NCBI GenBank assembly: GCA_965220085.1
Contig: CBDCOZ010000003.1
Coordinates: 1,856,001 to 1,920,000 of the forward strand
Direction: 5' to 3'
DNA: 64,000 bases
Origin: Candidatus Oxydemutatoraceae bacterium
Lineage (GTDB): Bacteria > Pseudomonadota > Gammaproteobacteria > Poriferisulfidales > Oxydemutatoraceae
Under the pieces are notes generated by a model that saw nothing but the letters and a program-made list of their open reading frames with translations, had not been told where the DNA came from and ran no database searches. Shown here piece by piece: positions 60,001-64,000 of this stretch. Position 1 is the first letter of the stretch. Each line of letters starts with the position of its first letter. The translations under genes were made by a program, and so were the position numbers.

Positions 60001-60955
60001 TACATAGATCAGCATCACTCTCAATATTTTCAATGCGGAAAGAAAGCGTATTGCGATCACTAAGAATCTGTTTGTATAAGGCCTCCAGCTTACACGACCT
60101 GATTTTCTTGGCTTTTACGCCGTCTTTTTGTTTTTGTGCATAGAGGTTTATCTTTTCATTGAGTCCTTTTTGTTTAACACTGCCTTCCAAGCTAATTCCA
60201 CCCACAATTGAGTTGTACTTATCAATGCCCTCCTGAGTTAAACAGTGGTTAAAACCTGCAATAGTAAGAAGGTCATCTAACTTCATATTAGAATGCTTTT
60301 CTAAATGTTTTTCCACTTCAGAAAAATCAACACCAAAGCTTTTAGCTTCCTGATAGCGTTCTATGTTATCCAGAAACTTCGGTAGATTGTCATGTATTAG
60401 GCGGTAGCCAATAGATGTACTGTGATCTTTACTTGTATAAATATTCTCCCTGTTTTCATTGAAGCCACCAAAATAACTCGTCCAGTTCTTAAAGCTATCA
60501 ATAATCTCTTCCGGGTTGTCAACACCCTCAATGGAAACAGAGTTCTTTTTTAGCCAATTTGGAAGTGTATCCTTGATAAATCTCGCTTTAAATATATCTT
60601 CACCTTTGAATATATTTGCTACTTCTCTGCGAAGCTTGTTTTGTTGATTGCTAAAACTATGCCGCTTTTTTGTATCCAACTTATCTTGTTTGAGATCTCT
60701 GTACGCTTTTTGGAATACGCACAGATCTTCTTCCTTGAATCTAAAGCCAGATAACTTGCGATTGATATAATCTTTGTGATATTCATCAATAATCTTTTTT
60801 GCTTGTTTATATTTATCGGCAAGATCTTCATCTTGCTTAAGCAGACCTTTACTATCTATATGCTTTTGCGTCTCGCCAATCGGCTTAAGTGCAAACCGCA
60901 GTGTCTTGTTCACCTTAAACTTGTTAGTGAATTCCATTAATGTTCTATTCATCAT
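57062..60955 (-). CDS. cas12a: Cas12a (Cpf1) effector nuclease
   Basis: FTN...KTLRF, NLPKF, GWDKN, YLFQIYSKDFS; RuvC residues in GIDRGE, VFEDLN and DANGAY intact. Confidence 0.98.
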   Translation of the reverse strand: MMNRTLMEFTNKFKVNKTLRFALKPIGETQKHIDSKGLLKQDEDLADKYKQAKKIIDEYHKDYINRKLSGFRFKEEDLCVFQKAYRDLKQDKLDTKKRHSFSNQQNKLRREVANIFKGEDIFKARFIKDTLPNWLKKNSVSIEGVDNPEEIIDSFKNWTSYFGGFNENRENIYTSKDHSTSIGYRLIHDNLPKFLDNIERYQEAKSFGVDFSEVEKHLEKHSNMKLDDLLTIAGFNHCLTQEGIDKYNSIVGGISLEGSVKQKGLNEKINLYAQKQKDGVKAKKIRSCKLEALYKQILSDRNTLSFRIENIESDADLCKKLEHVREITREVQEQVEEAYLQSLEKADPKKIYIRNDRAIESISQHLFGNWNTINDCLEYYAEVVKFPKPANKKETKKLQKARETWCKQSYFSFHEIHEALAIYFDRYTDDELKEEKGDKQEKIAGEKDMKQQKEIATSEPLFNYFAELSIRKKNEKKNLFEPKELLEEIEIAYKAALPIMEKYKCIEEKRLKAKKEEVSKIKAYLDALKDLQLFLRPLYIQLRKKDQKKIEAYEKDGGFYSTFDELYRELSQIIPLYDKVRNYLTKRPYSIEKYKLNFENQELAGGWDKNRETATTCVLLMKDGQYFLGVMDKGHKKLFANKDKLPSDGKCYQKMVYKQTRAAINIQNLVKVEGQFIKYTKHLEELKEQHIPGIARIKQEESYKPGKHFSKSDLSIFIDYYKEAAESYWPWANFNFRSSGNYDKFKDFTDDVDKQGYKITFVDISENYIDKCVSEGKLYLFQIYSKDFSPQSKGKPNLQTLYWRALFEGQNRKHVIYKLDGESELFHRKASIEYSDAIRKKGHHANDPKKKQKYPIIKDRRYAQDTYLFHVPITCNFKADGLSNIKDEVNQFLKNNSDINIIGIDRGERHLAYYTVINQNGEILKDKNGDYLQDSLNNPFGEKDYQKLLDQREGERDEARKSWGTIERIKDLKEGYLSQVVHKISQLMVEYNAIVVFEDLNFGFKRGRFKIEKQVYQKLEKTLIDKLNYLVFKDKEKDEAGGLYSALQLAAPFESFQKLGKQTGFIFYVPAYHTSKVCPTTGFVNLLCPKYETIEKTKDYFGKFEKISFNESGDYFEFQFNYNEFTNKAEGSKLDWTVCSHGERLENFKDTDNNNQWTSREVNLTKELKQLFHNSSIDYSNEQCIKDLIIEQSDSQFFKSIIRLLKLILQMRNSKIGTDEDWLISPVRDKSGKFFDSRVADGSMPQNADANGAYHIALKSLMMLRQLNKHEEEIKKFKPDLSNRAWYEFVQSRDKNS

Positions 60956-61072
60956 CTTAAACTTTCAAATTTTTGTTAATCAATAATAATGTGGGAGAGC
61001 ATTGCTACAAACTAAAATACCTTTTTAATAAAGTATATGAAATCTACGGAGAGACAAAACCTTTGCAAAGGC

Positions 61073-62155
61073 TTACTTCTCAGTCGCCTTTATCTCTATT
61101 GATGTATGATGCCAGTACATATTGGAAACTCTGGGCAAATATTGTGTAATTTGTGCCATAGGTGTTTGGAGCCTCAATCCATAATGTGGTCGTTGGGTAT
61201 TAAACCATAGCAGGTAGTCTATCATACGCTCATTGAATTCCCGAATATCGGTCAGCAACAAGCCCTCTTCAAACTCCACAAATTCTTCCTGGAGCGTGCG
61301 GTTAAAGCGTTCATTGAATGCGTTCATCTTCGGACATTTGGGATACGTGTAGCAGTGCCGGATACCTTGCTCTTGCAGGCAGCGATCAAACGCGCCGCAG
61401 AACTCGGAGCCGTTGTCGGTGAGCACTTGCTCTATCTTGGCGGGGAACACTTCCATCATCAGCTTCATAAAGAACTCGGCAGCGATGCTGTTGCCACGAG
61501 GGACGCCGATAGCAAAGCCAAACCGGCTATACAAATCTACGGCCGTGAACAGATAGCGACGCTGACCTTGAATAAACCGTTGCACGGTATCCATAGCGAT
61601 GCAATGCCCGATACGCTTTGCATTGAAACCCTTTTCAAGACGCTCCTTGCTCTTGCTTTGCGTTGTGCGTTGCCGACGCGGTTTTGCGGGCACCCAGCGC
61701 ATCTTATCGGCTTCGCCGGCAATCAGTCGCGCGATGGTGCGCGGCTTGGGACAACGCAAGCCGCGCTCGTCACACCACGGTTGAATCAGCAGGTATATCT
61801 TGGGTGCGCCGTAGGGATAGTTTTCGCGGTGTCGCCGAATCTCGTCGATAATCTCCTCAGGCCAGTCGCGCCGGCGTGGCTGGCGCGGGCAAGTGCTCTG
61901 ATTGATTAAGCCGTTAATGCCATAAAGCCGATATTGTCTCCGCCACTCATAGAGTGATGATTTGCTGATGTGGTAAGCGTCCATGCTGGCTTTTATGTTG
62001 TGGTTCTCCCATAATATAAGGGCTTCAAGTTTCTGTTTTGCTTTATAGCTCATAGTTGCCTCGTCTATTGAAAAAGCAGCTATTTTATAGAAACCTTTGA
62101 CGCCGTAGCCGATGTGTTGATATTGCATGTCGGCTACGTTTGTTGTTGAAGCCAA
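61073..62155 (-). CDS. IS481-family DDE transposase
   Basis: HTH, AMDT, LTDNGSEF, NAFNERFNRTLQEEF, RPH; stop supplied by flanking DNA (SIEIKATEK). Confidence 0.92.
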   Translation of the reverse strand: MASTTNVADMQYQHIGYGVKGFYKIAAFSIDEATMSYKAKQKLEALILWENHNIKASMDAYHISKSSLYEWRRQYRLYGINGLINQSTCPRQPRRRDWPEEIIDEIRRHRENYPYGAPKIYLLIQPWCDERGLRCPKPRTIARLIAGEADKMRWVPAKPRRQRTTQSKSKERLEKGFNAKRIGHCIAMDTVQRFIQGQRRYLFTAVDLYSRFGFAIGVPRGNSIAAEFFMKLMMEVFPAKIEQVLTDNGSEFCGAFDRCLQEQGIRHCYTYPKCPKMNAFNERFNRTLQEEFVEFEEGLLLTDIREFNERMIDYLLWFNTQRPHYGLRLQTPMAQITQYLPRVSNMYWHHTSIEIKATEK

Positions 62156-62183
62156 GAATCCAGAATGTTTCTGGCATTATGCA
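61103..62183 (-). mobile_element. IS481-family insertion sequence
   Basis: Imperfect terminal inverted repeats TGTATGATGCCAGTACAT / TGCATAATGCCAGAAACAT; about 1.08 kb; no flanking target duplication. Confidence 0.85.
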
Positions 62184-62212
62184 AACACTCATGCGGCCAA
62201 CGGCTTAAAACA

Positions 62213-63364
62213 TCACGCATCGGGGCTGTGCAAAAGATCCCGGTAGTTTTCCGGCGTGATTGTCTCGTAGCTTGCATTGTCATAGGTAGCAAGCCACTCT
62301 TTAGGCGGTGCCTTCTTAGTTGCTTTCCATTTGAACCCGTAGCCGTGCAGACGGCCGCCGCGCTCTTCAATCAAATCAATCTCCTTGCCGTCGTAAGTCT
62401 GCCAGAAGTAATAGTTCGCATGCACCCCGCCGTAGGCGTTCGCTTTCAGTCTTTCCACGACCATGAAGTTCTCCCACAGTTGTCCGACATCGTTTCGTAA
62501 CTCCAGTTCATTGAAGTTTGCAATCAGTGCGTTGCGAATACCCAAGTCATAGAAATAGTACTTGCCCATCTTGCTGATCTCTTTTCGCAAGTTGCGCGAG
62601 AAACTGTTAAGCCGGAATATCACAAAGGACTTTTCCAGCAAGTCGAGATAGCGGGTGACGGTCTTGTTATCCATGCCAAGGCTTGAGCCCAGCTCGGAAG
62701 TAGATACCTTGCTTCCTACCTGAAAGGCGAGGAGCTTCAGCAGGTCAATGAGCGGCTTAGCACGCCGGACCCGGTCAAACTCAAGGATGTCCCTGACCAG
62801 ATAGCTGTCCTTGATCTCAACAAGCCGTCGTTGCCTGTGCGCATTGTTCTCAGCAGTGACGATGGCAGGGTATGACCCGTAAATCAGATACTCGGAAAGA
62901 CGCTGCTCAATCTCATGCCATGTGTGAACCGAGTGCAACTCGCTCAGCGAGAGCGGGTACATCGTCATCACGACTTTCCTGCCGGTCAACGGTTCGTCTG
63001 CAACATTTGCCAGATCAAAAGAGGAAGAGCCGGTAATGACGATATGAATATCGGGGACTTGATCGATCAACAGCTTCAGTGCCCTGCCGACATTCTGTAT
63101 CTTTTGTGCTTCATCAATGAACAGCAGGCGGGCATCGCCGAGCATGTTTTTCATCAGGTGCAAATCACACTTGGCGAAGGTGTCGGCAAACTCAAGCTCA
63201 TCGGCAGTGAACGCCTTGTAGGGCAAGTCGGTCGTCTGCAGAAACGCCTGCGCCAGAGTCGTTTTGCCAACCTGACGCGCCCCGTAGATGATGAGGATTT
63301 TGCCTTTCTCCAAGTAATCCTCTATGTTGAGTTGCCTTGGAATCATGGGCGGATTATCACACAA
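62213..63364 (-). CDS. AAA_14 ATPase with DUF4143 domain
   Basis: GARQVGKT, IDEAQ, TGSS, KYYFYDLGIRN, EIDLI; start may be ATG 63346. Confidence 0.9.
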   Translation of the reverse strand: MCDNPPMIPRQLNIEDYLEKGKILIIYGARQVGKTTLAQAFLQTTDLPYKAFTADELEFADTFAKCDLHLMKNMLGDARLLFIDEAQKIQNVGRALKLLIDQVPDIHIVITGSSSFDLANVADEPLTGRKVVMTMYPLSLSELHSVHTWHEIEQRLSEYLIYGSYPAIVTAENNAHRQRRLVEIKDSYLVRDILEFDRVRRAKPLIDLLKLLAFQVGSKVSTSELGSSLGMDNKTVTRYLDLLEKSFVIFRLNSFSRNLRKEISKMGKYYFYDLGIRNALIANFNELELRNDVGQLWENFMVVERLKANAYGGVHANYYFWQTYDGKEIDLIEERGGRLHGYGFKWKATKKAPPKEWLATYDNASYETITPENYRDLLHSPDA

Positions 63365-63548
63365 TTCCTATGATTTAGCAAAATTATGGGAATTGTATTC
63401 CTATAATTCAACTGAATTATAGGATTTCCAAGCGTTGACTCGCTATGAAACCCAAGAGATATAAAGGCGAACGGCAGGTTTTCTGACTGAAGCAAACCAT
63501 ACTTTGGAATAGTCAAGACTATTCTAAAGTATAGTTTATAATGGTCGG

Positions 63549-64000
63549 ATGCGTTATCTACTACCCAATCTGCAAAAAGATCTGAAGAAAAAGATGGTTA
63601 TATTGGCCGGTCCCCGGCAATGCGGCAAAACCACTCTGGCCAAATCCCTGCTCAATAAAAACGGTGAGTACCTGAATTGGGACATCGCAACCGACCGCAA
63701 AATTATCCGCGACATTGCCTGGCCCAAAGATGCATCCCTCGTCGTACTGGATGAGTTGCACAAAGCCCCCAAGTGGAAAAACTTATTGAAAGGCGTGGCG
63801 GATGAGTTTGCCAACACCCCGCCGATTCTAGTCACTGGCAGTGCCCGCCTGAATGCTTTGCGCAAAACCGGAGATGCTTTAACCGGGCGCCATTATTTCT
63901 ATCACTTACATCCTATTGACATCGCCGAGTCCCGTCTCTTTCTGCCCAAGATGCCGCTTGCCAAACGAATACAGAGACTGTTGCACACCGGCGGGTTTCC
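63549..64000 (+). CDS. AAA_14 ATPase (partial, runs off the window)
   Basis: MRYLLPNLQKDLKKKMVILAGPRQCGKTT, LDELHK, VTGSARL, GGF. Confidence 0.85.
   Translation, partial: MRYLLPNLQKDLKKKMVILAGPRQCGKTTLAKSLLNKNGEYLNWDIATDRKIIRDIAWPKDASLVVLDELHKAPKWKNLLKGVADEFANTPPILVTGSARLNALRKTGDALTGRHYFYHLHPIDIAESRLFLPKMPLAKRIQRLLHTGGF

Overview
GC-rich (probably proteobacterial) chromosomal window dominated by accessory DNA. (1) A dispersed family of secreted, Ig/cadherin-like or PPC-repeat proteins: six complete genes, one cut by the window edge and one 3' remnant. Every visible C-terminus is the same peptide, (L/I/V)RL(R)L/IFLEGPLR-stop, conserved through synonymous codon changes. The genes also share promoters, 3' hairpin elements, poly-G/C tracts in the leader, and neighbouring tandem repeats related to IS481 ends. 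This is the best candidate for an undescribed surface-protein sorting and variation system. (2) A complete type V-A CRISPR locus (cas12a-cas4-cas1-cas2 and 64 repeats/63 spacers by my count) with an atypical PAM-interacting region, an orphan repeat, and permuted flanks next to an IS481 element. (3) An about 20 kb defence-like island (XRE-ImmA, DUF4145, FTCD-ImmA fusion operon, Sir2-DUF4020, DprA/SLOG-like, adenine methyltransferase, frameshifted PLD-SNF2 helicase, FRG-TPR). (4) A norS-norY-senC-orf1-like sNOR cluster. (5) Several toxin-antitoxin modules and many short duplicated gene-end fragments. Family calls come from motif recognition, not database searches, and some single-base frameshifts could be sequencing errors.
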